From contig JBDHHX010000001.1 in NCBI GenBank assembly GCA_039589155.1, positions 1 through 34,775 of the forward strand: a DNA stretch of 34,775 nt, given 5' to 3'. Below are positions 8,159 to 16,792 of this stretch, one piece after another; position 1 is the stretch's first letter, and each line of letters starts with the position of its first letter. Source of the DNA: Gemmatimonadota bacterium. GTDB lineage: Bacteria > Gemmatimonadota > Gemmatimonadetes > Palauibacterales > KS3-K002. A program made the translations under genes and the position numbers. The notes under the pieces were generated by a model. The model was not told the DNA's origin, did no database searches, and saw nothing but the letters and a program-made list of their open reading frames with translations.

Positions 8159-8925
8159 CTCAGCGGCGCCCCCGTCAGGACCAGCCGGCCCATCTTCCAC
8201 AACTCCCAACTCAGGCCAGCGTCGGAGCTGTAGCTCCAACGGTCGCTCCACATGATCTCGGTCAGCCGGCCGCCGCCATCGCCGTCGCTCACGAAAATTT
8301 GCAGGCCGAAGACGGCGCCGACGAACGGCCTCGCTTCCGGCAGCTCGGCCCAGGGGACCCGCATTTCGAACGTCCAGCCGCCTTCGACTGCTTCCGAGGC
8401 CAGGGCACCGCCCTCGATCGGGCCGTGGTAGTCGCTCCCCAGTCGCATCACCGGGAACGGCGACTCCCCGTCGCCGACGATGTGGGCGTAGACCCACTGG
8501 TCGTCGGGTTGCCAGCTGGAGGCGTCGGGCGCACGACCGTCGTAGCTGAGCGGATTGTTGTCGTTGTGGAAATCGAAGACCAGGTTGATTCGGTCGCTGG
8601 TCCAGGCCGCGCCAGCCGCCAGCGAATCGTCGGCGAAGCGACCTGCTACATATATATAGAGCGTGTCCCAAACGAACTGGATCGCGCCGCCGATGTCCGC
8701 TCTGCCGGAATAGAGCGCCGCCTCGGTCAACAAGAAGCTGCTCGAGTCCAGGCTCACCGCCGGAACGTCCTCCCACTCGGCCAGGTCACCGTCGATCACC
8801 AGCTCGAGAGTGCGGGCCGGTGCCACGGCGACCGCCAGGCTCTCGAGCGCCGGTCTCGCGACCGTCGAACCCAGGAAGAGGAGAACCGCGCCTATGACCA
8901 GCGCCCTCCCTTTGACTCTGCTCAT
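8155..8925 (-). CDS. Secreted CBM9/DOMON-like carbohydrate-binding protein
   Basis: From the ATG at 8925 the protein begins MSRVKGRALVIGAVLLFLGSTVA (signal peptide). It continues ...LVIDGDLAEWEDVPAV...GGWTFEMRVPWAELP...FGLQIFVSDGD, which is typical of family-9 CBM-like folds. Confidence 0.55.
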   Translation of the reverse strand: MSRVKGRALVIGAVLLFLGSTVARPALESLAVAVAPARTLELVIDGDLAEWEDVPAVSLDSSSFLLTEAALYSGRADIGGAIQFVWDTLYIYVAGRFADDSLAAGAAWTSDRINLVFDFHNDNNPLSYDGRAPDASSWQPDDQWVYAHIVGDGESPFPVMRLGSDYHGPIEGGALASEAVEGGWTFEMRVPWAELPEARPFVGAVFGLQIFVSDGDGGGRLTEIMWSDRWSYSSDAGLSWELWKMGRLVLTGAPLR

Positions 8926-8942
8926 GCCCTCTTGTCCGGCGT

Positions 8943-10934
8943 TCACTCTACTTGCAGCACGATCACACGTCGCTCGAAGTTGCCCTCCAGACCGACCACA
9001 TAGATGCGGTGCATGCCCGGCGGCGCGCTGAAGTTGACCTTGTAGACTCCGGAATCGCCATCTCGCTCGGTCATCATCACAACGTGGGGCCCGACGACGA
9101 CGGCGATGGCCAGGTTCGCGCCCTTCACGACTCGGCCCATCCGGTCGCGGACCCGGGCTTCCAGCGTGATCGCGGCATCGGCCGCGCCGCCGATACGCGT
9201 CGGCACCTCGATCCAGCCGCGCGGCTCGACGAAGATGGGGATTGCCCGCTCCAGGACTTCCGTACCAGAGTCTGCGGCCAACTCGGCCCGAACGCGAATC
9301 GTGTCGAGCCCCGGGGCCAGCTCTTCGTCGAGGGCCACGCTGTATCGCCCGTCCGCCAGCTCTTCCAAAGCGACCTCGCGCTCCGCCACCGTCGCCGTCA
9401 CACGGGCGCCGCTGACGCCGCGGTCCTGAGCGATGCGGACCGTCAGGTCGAACGGGGTACCGAGCCCGGCGACGATCTGGCCGGCCGCCGCGATCGACCA
9501 AGGATAGCGGCGCTCGAGCTCCACGGAACGAGAGACGAAGACGATCCCCGGCGCCTCCGCCTCGAGAGCGATGCGCCGCGCACCCGTCTCCTGCTCCACC
9601 AAGCGCGCCACGAAGTAGCCAGGCTCTCGCTCCTCGAACTCTAGCCCGGAAAGGCTGGCGCCCTCGACCCGCGGGCCGTTACCGCCCAGCCGGGCCTCGC
9701 GAAGCTCCACCACCAGCGCCTCGTCGCCGCCTTCCGTCTCTCCCGCGTAAGTCACGACCCGAGCCGGCGCCATCACGTCGCCCATGCCCAGCGGCACGAT
9801 CTCAGCCGTCGCCCCACCCAGCGTGACCTCGACGCGGTCCGCAGCTCCGGGCAGACCCAACCAGCCCGCCAGGTAGTTGCCTTCGAAAAGAACGCCGCCA
9901 TCGAAATCGGTGTGCTGGTAGGTTCTCCGTTCAAGGGTCGCCTGCCCACCGCCCGCCACGTCGGCGGCGGCCGTCCGCGCGCCGCGGCTGAATGCCGGGA
10001 GATAGACGTCATCATTGGCCCGGCTCAGGAAGATGCGATCGTAGAGCGGGCGCGGACCGCGCTCCGACGAGGCCGCCGCCGTCCGACCGTACTCCAATTT
10101 CATCCAGTCATCACGTGGCGTGCGTTGTAGCATCCAGGCATAGTAGATCAGCTGCATCGCCCACGGGTACGTCGCCCGGTTGGCCAACTCGCGCTCGGCG
10201 TAGACCAGCATTTCGTCATCATCATACTGAGGCCGGAAGGCGCCTGGCCGCTCCGCCAGCAGCGTCTCCATGTTGCGGCTCATCTCATCCGAGTTCAGGA
10301 ACGCATCCGGCATGCCGCTCATCGAGAACATATCGTCGATGTTATGGAGCACTTCGTGGATCATGATCTGCGAGATGCGGCCCGCGTCCCAGGCGAAGAC
10401 GCCGATCGAGTTGTAGCCCGCATCGGTCAGGAAATTGCCGTCGGGACCCACGGCGCCGCCGCCGTAAGCCAGCGCCGCGCCCTCGGCGTTGGCGTTGTTC
10501 CAGGCGTAGAGCGCGATGACTTCGTCGAACTCGTAGTCCAACATTCCAAGCGCGGCTAACTCGTCCGCGATGTCCTCCCGCGCCAGGTAGTACCGGCCCG
10601 GCGCGACTTCCGACACCTCGGCGAGCGCCAACTGACGATCGATCTGCAAGAGCGAGATGCGGAAGTCCACCGCGCCGCCCGCGGCCGTCCTGTAGAAATC
10701 GACGAACTCCAGCACCTCCTCGTGCACCCGCTCGACCTGTTCCCGGGTGAGCGCTTGCGAAAACGAGTGGGTGAACAGCACGATGAGAACGTCCAGCCGC
10801 CTGGCATCGCCATCTGCCATCGGCTGCTGTGCGAGGAGCGGCGCAAAACTCGATGCCAGGAAGCCTGCGATGCAGGCGCTGGCCAGCGCGGCGCGGGTGA
10901 AGCGGGCGGGTAGCGAAAGCTGAAGGCTGTCCAT
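8943..10934 (-). CDS. Secreted protein with an HExxH motif (putative metallopeptidase-like domain) and C-terminal Ig-like repeats
   Basis: Signal-like N-terminus MDSLQLSLPARFTRAALASACIAGFLASSFAPLLAQ. The only catalytic-type motif seen is IMIHEVLHNIDD. The C-terminal ~300 aa looks like repeated beta-sandwich modules. GTG at 10967 is an alternative start. Confidence 0.5.
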   Translation of the reverse strand: MDSLQLSLPARFTRAALASACIAGFLASSFAPLLAQQPMADGDARRLDVLIVLFTHSFSQALTREQVERVHEEVLEFVDFYRTAAGGAVDFRISLLQIDRQLALAEVSEVAPGRYYLAREDIADELAALGMLDYEFDEVIALYAWNNANAEGAALAYGGGAVGPDGNFLTDAGYNSIGVFAWDAGRISQIMIHEVLHNIDDMFSMSGMPDAFLNSDEMSRNMETLLAERPGAFRPQYDDDEMLVYAERELANRATYPWAMQLIYYAWMLQRTPRDDWMKLEYGRTAAASSERGPRPLYDRIFLSRANDDVYLPAFSRGARTAAADVAGGGQATLERRTYQHTDFDGGVLFEGNYLAGWLGLPGAADRVEVTLGGATAEIVPLGMGDVMAPARVVTYAGETEGGDEALVVELREARLGGNGPRVEGASLSGLEFEEREPGYFVARLVEQETGARRIALEAEAPGIVFVSRSVELERRYPWSIAAAGQIVAGLGTPFDLTVRIAQDRGVSGARVTATVAEREVALEELADGRYSVALDEELAPGLDTIRVRAELAADSGTEVLERAIPIFVEPRGWIEVPTRIGGAADAAITLEARVRDRMGRVVKGANLAIAVVVGPHVVMMTERDGDSGVYKVNFSAPPGMHRIYVVGLEGNFERRVIVLQVE

Positions 10935-11001
10935 ATAACAGGCTTGAGAGAGGGCGGCGCGAACCACTAACCGTTGTCGAGACTAGACGGACGTCCCAGC
11001 G

Positions 11002-12192
11002 ATGTCAACGATAGACCCCACGGAGAGGCGCACGCCGGCCGAAGCCGCGGTCGAAGCATTCCGGGTCGCCTTCTCTGCCAGGCCGGAGTGGAGCTGCCGG
11101 GCGCCCGGTCGGGTTAACCTGATGGGCGGACACGTGGACTACAACGACGGCCTGGTGCTGCCTGCCGCCATCGAATTGGAGATCGGCCTCGCCTTTCGTC
11201 CGCGCTCCGACCGCATAGTCCGCGTGCACTCGGTTGATTTCGATGACTCGGCCGAATTCGACATCGGCGACTTAGCGCCCGGCTCCGTCGAGGGGTGGGC
11301 CGCCTATCCGGCCGGCGTCGCCTGGGCCATGTCGCGGGCCGGCCTTGAGTTGATCGGCATCGATGCGGCCGTTTCCGGGTCCATCCCGGTCGGCGGCGGC
11401 CTTTCTTCATCGGCGGCGCTCGAGATCTGCTTCGCCGCCGCCTACCGACAGGCCGCCGGGCTGGAGACACCGAACCTGAAGCTGGCGAAGCTGAGCCAGG
11501 CGGCGGAAAACCGGTTCGTCGGCGTCCGCTGCGGAATCATGGACCAGGTCGCTTCCGCTTGCGCCGAGATCGGCCACGCCATCCTGATGGACTGCCGCAG
11601 CCTCGAGCTGACTCCGGTCCCCCTGCCAGCAACGCTGAGCATCGTGATCGTGGACAGCGGCGTTAAGCGGGAGCTGAGCGACTCCCAGTACAACGCGCGC
11701 CGCAGCGAGTGCGAGGAAGCCGTTCGCCTGCTCGGTGCCGTTGACGACGACGTCGCCGCTTTGCGCGACGTATCGCCGGAACAGTTGGGCCAGTTGATGC
11801 GCCACCTTCCCGCACCACTCGACCGCCGTGCACACCATGTCGTCGGTGAGATCGAGCGCGTACGGCTCGCCGCCGCGGCGCTCGTGCACGACGAGATCGA
11901 GCGATTCGGCGAGCTGCTCTTCGCCTCGCACCGTTCTCTCAAGGACGACTATGAAGTCAGCTGCGACGAACTAGACAGCCTGGTCGAACTGGCGCGGCAG
12001 GCGCCCGGCGTCATCGGCGCACGCCTCACCGGCGCCGGGTTCGGCGGTTGCACGGTGAACGTGGTGAGCGCCGCGCTAGCCGACGACTTTGTTGAATACG
12101 TGCAGGAAGGCTACGTGAAGCTTCACGGCCGCAAGCCGAGAACCTGGACCAGCGACCCGGCCGCCGGCGTCAGCGTCGACCCGCTCTGGTAG
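11002..12192 (+). CDS. galK: Galactokinase
   Basis: Carries the galactokinase signature GRVNLMGGHVDYNDG and the GHMP kinase motif PVGGGLSSSAALE. The length of 396 aa fits. Confidence 0.9.
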   Translation: MSTIDPTERRTPAEAAVEAFRVAFSARPEWSCRAPGRVNLMGGHVDYNDGLVLPAAIELEIGLAFRPRSDRIVRVHSVDFDDSAEFDIGDLAPGSVEGWAAYPAGVAWAMSRAGLELIGIDAAVSGSIPVGGGLSSSAALEICFAAAYRQAAGLETPNLKLAKLSQAAENRFVGVRCGIMDQVASACAEIGHAILMDCRSLELTPVPLPATLSIVIVDSGVKRELSDSQYNARRSECEEAVRLLGAVDDDVAALRDVSPEQLGQLMRHLPAPLDRRAHHVVGEIERVRLAAAALVHDEIERFGELLFASHRSLKDDYEVSCDELDSLVELARQAPGVIGARLTGAGFGGCTVNVVSAALADDFVEYVQEGYVKLHGRKPRTWTSDPAAGVSVDPLW

Positions 12193-12251
12193 GGCAGGGG
12201 GAACCCCGAAGGCGATTCCCGCATTTCTAGGGCTAAACGGGCCCTGCGCTC

Positions 12252-13352
12252 ATGCTGGCCACCTGCCAGCCCACGCTTTACCTTGCAAACTCAATGTCCG
12301 TGCACGATTTCCCCAGCCGTTTCCGTCAGGCGGTCGGCGCCGGCACCGCCCTCGTCGAGGCACCCGGTACCGGCGACAGCCTGATGACTTTCGCCCGCTC
12401 GGTCGCTGCGGGCCTCTCCGATGAGCCCAAGTGGCTGCATTGCCGGTTCCTCTACGACGCCGAAGGCAGCCGCTTGTTCGAGGTAATCACCGAACAGCCC
12501 GAGTACTATCCGACACGCACCGAAGCGGCGATCCTGCAGGCGCACGCCGAGGAGATCCGCGATTTGACCGGACCCGTCACCCTGGCCGAGCTGGGCTCGG
12601 GTTACTCAGTCAAGACCGAGTACCTGCTGAACGCCTACTCCAGCCACGACAGGGACGTGCTCTACGTTCCGGTGGACGTCAGCGTCAGCGCGCTGCGCGA
12701 GGCGAACCGCGCCATATCGGACAACTTCCCGGAAGTCCAGTTCACCGGTATCGCCGGCCCCTACCGCAGCGCGTTTCCCGTTCTGCGCCAGCTCTCGCCG
12801 CAGATGGTCGTTTTCCTGGGTAGCACGATCGGCAACTTCAATCCGGCGGAGACGACGGCATTCTTCAGCGCGCTCTCCGGACACTTGCCGGAGCACGACT
12901 TCTTCCTGCTGGGCATCGACCTGGTGAAGGACATCGATGTCCTGGAGGCGGCCTACAATGACGCGGCAGGGATCACCGCCCGCTTCACGACGAACTACTT
13001 CGCGCGGCTAAACCGCGAGCTGGGTTCCGACGTTGACCTGGACAACATCGAGCATGTCGCGCGCTGGAACCCCGAGCTGGAGCGGATGGAGATCTTCACG
13101 CTCTTTCATACGACCCAGCAGGTGTACATCGAGCCGCTCGACATGACCTTCGAGATCGAGGCCGGCGAGCGCGTCCTCATCGAGATCAGCCGCAAGTTCC
13201 GCCTGCCCGACATCACCAGAGAGCTCGGCAAGTACGGGTTCCGCTTGCGTCGATCCTTCACCGACCCAAAGGGTTGGTTCGGACTGCTGTTGTTGGAACG
13301 CGTCGATGACAGGGTGTTGCGGCGCGCGTCCTACCCCGCGACCGACCGCTAG
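12252..13352 (+). CDS. egtD: L-histidine N-alpha-methyltransferase (EgtD family; makes hercynine)
   Basis: Contains FLYDAEGSRLFEVITEQPEYYPTRTEAAIL, ELGSGYSVKT, FLGSTIGNF and AYNDAAGITARFTTN, which are the characteristic EgtD blocks. ATG at 12294 is an alternative start. Confidence 0.85.
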   Translation: MLATCQPTLYLANSMSVHDFPSRFRQAVGAGTALVEAPGTGDSLMTFARSVAAGLSDEPKWLHCRFLYDAEGSRLFEVITEQPEYYPTRTEAAILQAHAEEIRDLTGPVTLAELGSGYSVKTEYLLNAYSSHDRDVLYVPVDVSVSALREANRAISDNFPEVQFTGIAGPYRSAFPVLRQLSPQMVVFLGSTIGNFNPAETTAFFSALSGHLPEHDFFLLGIDLVKDIDVLEAAYNDAAGITARFTTNYFARLNRELGSDVDLDNIEHVARWNPELERMEIFTLFHTTQQVYIEPLDMTFEIEAGERVLIEISRKFRLPDITRELGKYGFRLRRSFTDPKGWFGLLLLERVDDRVLRRASYPATDR

Positions 13353-13355
13353 GCG

Positions 13356-16300
13356 ATGCACGAAGTGACCCTGAGCGGTCGCGCCGCGGCCGAAGCCAAT
13401 ACGCTCATCGAAAGAGACGGACTCTGCGGGATCTGCCCGGCAGGTTGCTGGGTGACCGTCGCATTGGAGGACGGCTCGATCAAGAGCGTACGCCCCCAGG
13501 ACGACCCGATGGGGATGATCTGCACCAACGGCGTCCACTCGGCGGAGATCGTCCACGACCCGGACCGGCTGCGCTATCCGATGCGCCGCAGCGGACCGAA
13601 GGGCACACACGAGTTCGAGCGTATCAGCTGGGACGAGGCGTTCGATATCATCGTCGAAAAGCTGCAGGGCTTGAAAGAGGAGCACGGGCCGGAGTCGACG
13701 GCGATATACACCGGCCGCGGCAGCTTCGAGCTGGCGCTCTGCGACGTCTTCCAACCGGACGGCGTCGCCATCTCGTCCGCTTCATCCGTTCTCTTTCCGT
13801 TCGGCTCGCCGAACACACTGGGCGTCGGCGCGCTCTGCTACGTCTCCTTCGCCATGATCGCGCCGCACTCGACGCTCGGTGAGTACTACCACACGATGGA
13901 CCACGACATCGAGAACGCCGAGCTCATCGTGGTCTGGGGCGCCAACCCGGCGACCGACTCGCCGCCGCTCGCACACGAGCAGATCAAGCGCGCCGTGCTG
14001 AGGGGAGCCGAGGTCATCTGTATCGACCCGCAGCGAAACCACACGGCCCGCGAGGTCGGCGCCGAGTGGATACCCGTCCGCCCCGGGACCGATGGCGCAC
14101 TGGCCCTCGGCATGATCAACGTGCTGATCGAGGAAGAGCTGTACGACGAAGCGTTCGTCAAAGACTGGACGCTTGGGTTCGACGAGCTGGCCCAGTACGT
14201 CCAGCACTTCCGGCCGGAGGTCGTCGAGGACATCACCGGCGTGCCGGCCGAAACGGTGGTCAACCTGGCACGTCGTCTCGCCCGCGCGCGCGGCGCCTGC
14301 CCCGTCATGTATACCGGGCTCGAGTACTCGGACAGCGGCGTACAGGCAATCCGCGCCGTCTTTACGCTTTGGGCGCTGGCGGGTCAGCTCGACGTGCCCG
14401 GCGGCCTCAACATCCGCATGCGGGAAAACCAGTTTCCGATCAACCGGTCCGGCCTGGTCGCGAACCCGAATCCGAAGAAGGCCCTGGGCCGCGATCGATT
14501 CCCGGTCTACAGCCTGTACCGGGGCGAATCGCACGCCATAGCGCTCCCCGACTCCGTGCTCAAAGGCGAGCCGTACAAGGTCCGTGGGCTCATCATCCTC
14601 GGTGGTTCCATCATTACCGCCTGGCCAAACCCATCGGTTTGGCGCGAAACGCTGGGCGCCCTCGATTTCATGGTCAGCATCAACCGGCATCACACCGCCG
14701 ACTCGGCCTACGCCGACATCGTGTTGCCGGCGACCACCATGTACGAGATCACCTCGTACATGACCTACGGCCCGATCTTCAAGATCAGGGAGAAGATGCT
14801 GGAGCCGGTGGGTGAAGCGCGCAACGATTTCCTCATCCTGGCGGAACTGGCCAGTCGCCTCGGCTACGGCCACCTCTATCCACAGACCGAGGAGGCGCTG
14901 CTGCGCCGCGTCCTCCACGGCTCAGGCTTCACACTCGAGGACGTGATCACCGCCGGCGGCGCGGTTCAAGTTCCCACCGTGATGACGCAGTACAAGAAGT
15001 GGGAGAAGGGCGGCCTGCGCGAAGACGGGGAGCCCGGGTTCAGCACTCCGTCAGGGAAGTTCGAGATCGCTTCCAGCATCCTGGAAGAACACGGCTACGA
15101 TGCGCTCCCCGTTTACACCGAGCCCGGCGAGGGTCCGCTGGCGCAACCGGCGCTGGCCGAGAGTTACCCGCTGGTCTTCAACTCGGGCGCCCGCATCTTC
15201 GCCGACTTTAGATCCCAGCACCACGGCGTTGTCGGACTCAATCGCAAAGCGCGCGTACCGCTGGTGACGATGAACACGAGCGATGCCGCACAACGCGGAA
15301 TAGAAGACGGCGATTGGGCTTGGGTCGCTACGCCACGCGGCCGGGTGAAGTACCGTGCGCGCGTGACCGATGACATTGCCGCCGGCGCCATAGACGCCAA
15401 CATGGGCGGCGGCGGTCCGCTGGGCCCGCAAGAGTGGCAAGACTGCAACGTGAACGACCTGACCGATCTGAACCGTTACGACCCGATCTCCGGCTTCCCG
15501 GTCTACAAGGCGCTGCTCTGCGATGTGGTGAAGGCGGAGGACTCGAACGGCGCAGGTCGCCGGACCGAAGAAGAAAGCGAAGCCGTGATCCGGGCGAGCG
15601 AGATCGAAAAGCCAATGCGCTACGTCTACCTGGATCACAACGCGACCACGCCGGTGGACCCCGAAGTGCTGGATGCTATTATGCCGCACTTGCAGGCCGC
15701 TTACGGCAACCCGTCAAGCATCCACAGCCGCGGAAGCGAGGCGCGCGATGCGGTAGAGTCGGCGCGCCGCACGGTCGCCCAGGCTCTGGGCTGCACGGCA
15801 CGCCGAGTCATCTTCACCGGCGGCGGCTCGGAGTCCGACAACCTGGCCATCAAGGGCGTGGCGCTGGCCAGGCGCTACCAGGGCAACCATATCATCACCA
15901 CCACGGTCGAGCACCCGGCGGTGCTGAGAACCTGCGAGGCGCTGCAGGAGTTCGGCTTCGAGATCACTTACCTGGATGTCGATGAGACCGGCTGCGTCGA
16001 TTCACAGGCATTGAAGGACGCGATGCGCCCGCAGACGACACTGGTCAGCGTGATGATGGCAAACAGCGAGGTGGGGAGCATCAATCCCATCGCCGAGCTG
16101 GCGGGCATCGCACGCGAGGGCGGCGCCCTGTTCCATACCGATGCAGTCCAGGGGCTGGGCAAACTGCCCATCGACGTGGACGAGCTGGGCGTCGACCTGT
16201 TGTCGGTCTCCAGCCACAAGCTCTACGGACCGAAGGGTGTCGGTGCTCTCTACGCGCGCAAAGGCATCAAGCTCCACCCCGTGATCCACGGCGGCGGCCA

Positions 16301-16781
16301 GGAGCGGAAGCTGCGGGCCGGCACCGAGAACGTCCCCGGTATCGTCGGTTTCGGGAAAGCCTGCGAGCTGGCCGTGCGGCGACTCAACCACAACGAGATG
16401 GACCGCGTGCTCCAGCTACGCGACCGCTTGGAGGCGGGAATAAGGGAGATCGTTCCCGAGGCCCGACTCAACGGCCACCCCGAGCATCGGCTCCCCAACA
16501 CGCTCAACATGACGCTGCCCGGCATGCGCGGCGAGTCGCTGGTCCTGTTCATGGACCGCCGCGGCGTCTACTTCTCTTCCGGCTCCGCCTGCAAGTCGGG
16601 GAATCCCGACCCGTCCCACGTGCTAACAGCGATGGGGCTCTCGGACGATGATGCCCACTGCGCTATCCGGCTCACGCTGGGCGTGGGAACCACAGAAGAA
16701 GACGTGGACTACGTGCTGGAAAGCCTGCGACAGATCATCGGCGACCGCGGTAGCAGCGTCCGTTTCGTAGCCTGCCGCTAG
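13356..16781 (+). CDS. Fusion of a molybdopterin/tungstopterin oxidoreductase (acetylene-hydratase-like MopB) with a NifS-type cysteine desulfurase: metallopterin-dependent ergothioneine synthase (MES)-like
   Basis: N-terminal Fe-S motif C24-G-I-C27-P-A-G-C31...C56, followed by MopB-like blocks over aa ~1-745. From M754 onward the sequence is a class-V aminotransferase: YLDHNATTPVDPEV..., PLP lysine SSHK955LYGPKG, and catalytic SSGSAC1079KSG. It starts 3 nt after the egtD stop. Confidence 0.8.
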   Translation: MHEVTLSGRAAAEANTLIERDGLCGICPAGCWVTVALEDGSIKSVRPQDDPMGMICTNGVHSAEIVHDPDRLRYPMRRSGPKGTHEFERISWDEAFDIIVEKLQGLKEEHGPESTAIYTGRGSFELALCDVFQPDGVAISSASSVLFPFGSPNTLGVGALCYVSFAMIAPHSTLGEYYHTMDHDIENAELIVVWGANPATDSPPLAHEQIKRAVLRGAEVICIDPQRNHTAREVGAEWIPVRPGTDGALALGMINVLIEEELYDEAFVKDWTLGFDELAQYVQHFRPEVVEDITGVPAETVVNLARRLARARGACPVMYTGLEYSDSGVQAIRAVFTLWALAGQLDVPGGLNIRMRENQFPINRSGLVANPNPKKALGRDRFPVYSLYRGESHAIALPDSVLKGEPYKVRGLIILGGSIITAWPNPSVWRETLGALDFMVSINRHHTADSAYADIVLPATTMYEITSYMTYGPIFKIREKMLEPVGEARNDFLILAELASRLGYGHLYPQTEEALLRRVLHGSGFTLEDVITAGGAVQVPTVMTQYKKWEKGGLREDGEPGFSTPSGKFEIASSILEEHGYDALPVYTEPGEGPLAQPALAESYPLVFNSGARIFADFRSQHHGVVGLNRKARVPLVTMNTSDAAQRGIEDGDWAWVATPRGRVKYRARVTDDIAAGAIDANMGGGGPLGPQEWQDCNVNDLTDLNRYDPISGFPVYKALLCDVVKAEDSNGAGRRTEEESEAVIRASEIEKPMRYVYLDHNATTPVDPEVLDAIMPHLQAAYGNPSSIHSRGSEARDAVESARRTVAQALGCTARRVIFTGGGSESDNLAIKGVALARRYQGNHIITTTVEHPAVLRTCEALQEFGFEITYLDVDETGCVDSQALKDAMRPQTTLVSVMMANSEVGSINPIAELAGIAREGGALFHTDAVQGLGKLPIDVDELGVDLLSVSSHKLYGPKGVGALYARKGIKLHPVIHGGGQERKLRAGTENVPGIVGFGKACELAVRRLNHNEMDRVLQLRDRLEAGIREIVPEARLNGHPEHRLPNTLNMTLPGMRGESLVLFMDRRGVYFSSGSACKSGNPDPSHVLTAMGLSDDDAHCAIRLTLGVGTTEEDVDYVLESLRQIIGDRGSSVRFVACR

Positions 16782-16792
16782 CCGGTGACCGG

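Noticed and set aside
13782-14918. 378-aa minus-strand ORF
   Set aside because: It is antisense to the MopB domain of the MES-like gene, which has clear family motifs, so this is a shadow ORF.
16782-16792. Palindrome CCGGTGACCGG between the convergent MES and yitJ stops, considered as a bidirectional terminator
   Set aside because: The 5-bp arms have a 1-nt loop, which cannot form a stable hairpin, and there is no T-tract. Other convergent pairs (20058/20061, 5862/5873, 27653/27646, 31520/31517) likewise lack terminators, which looks like general genome compaction.
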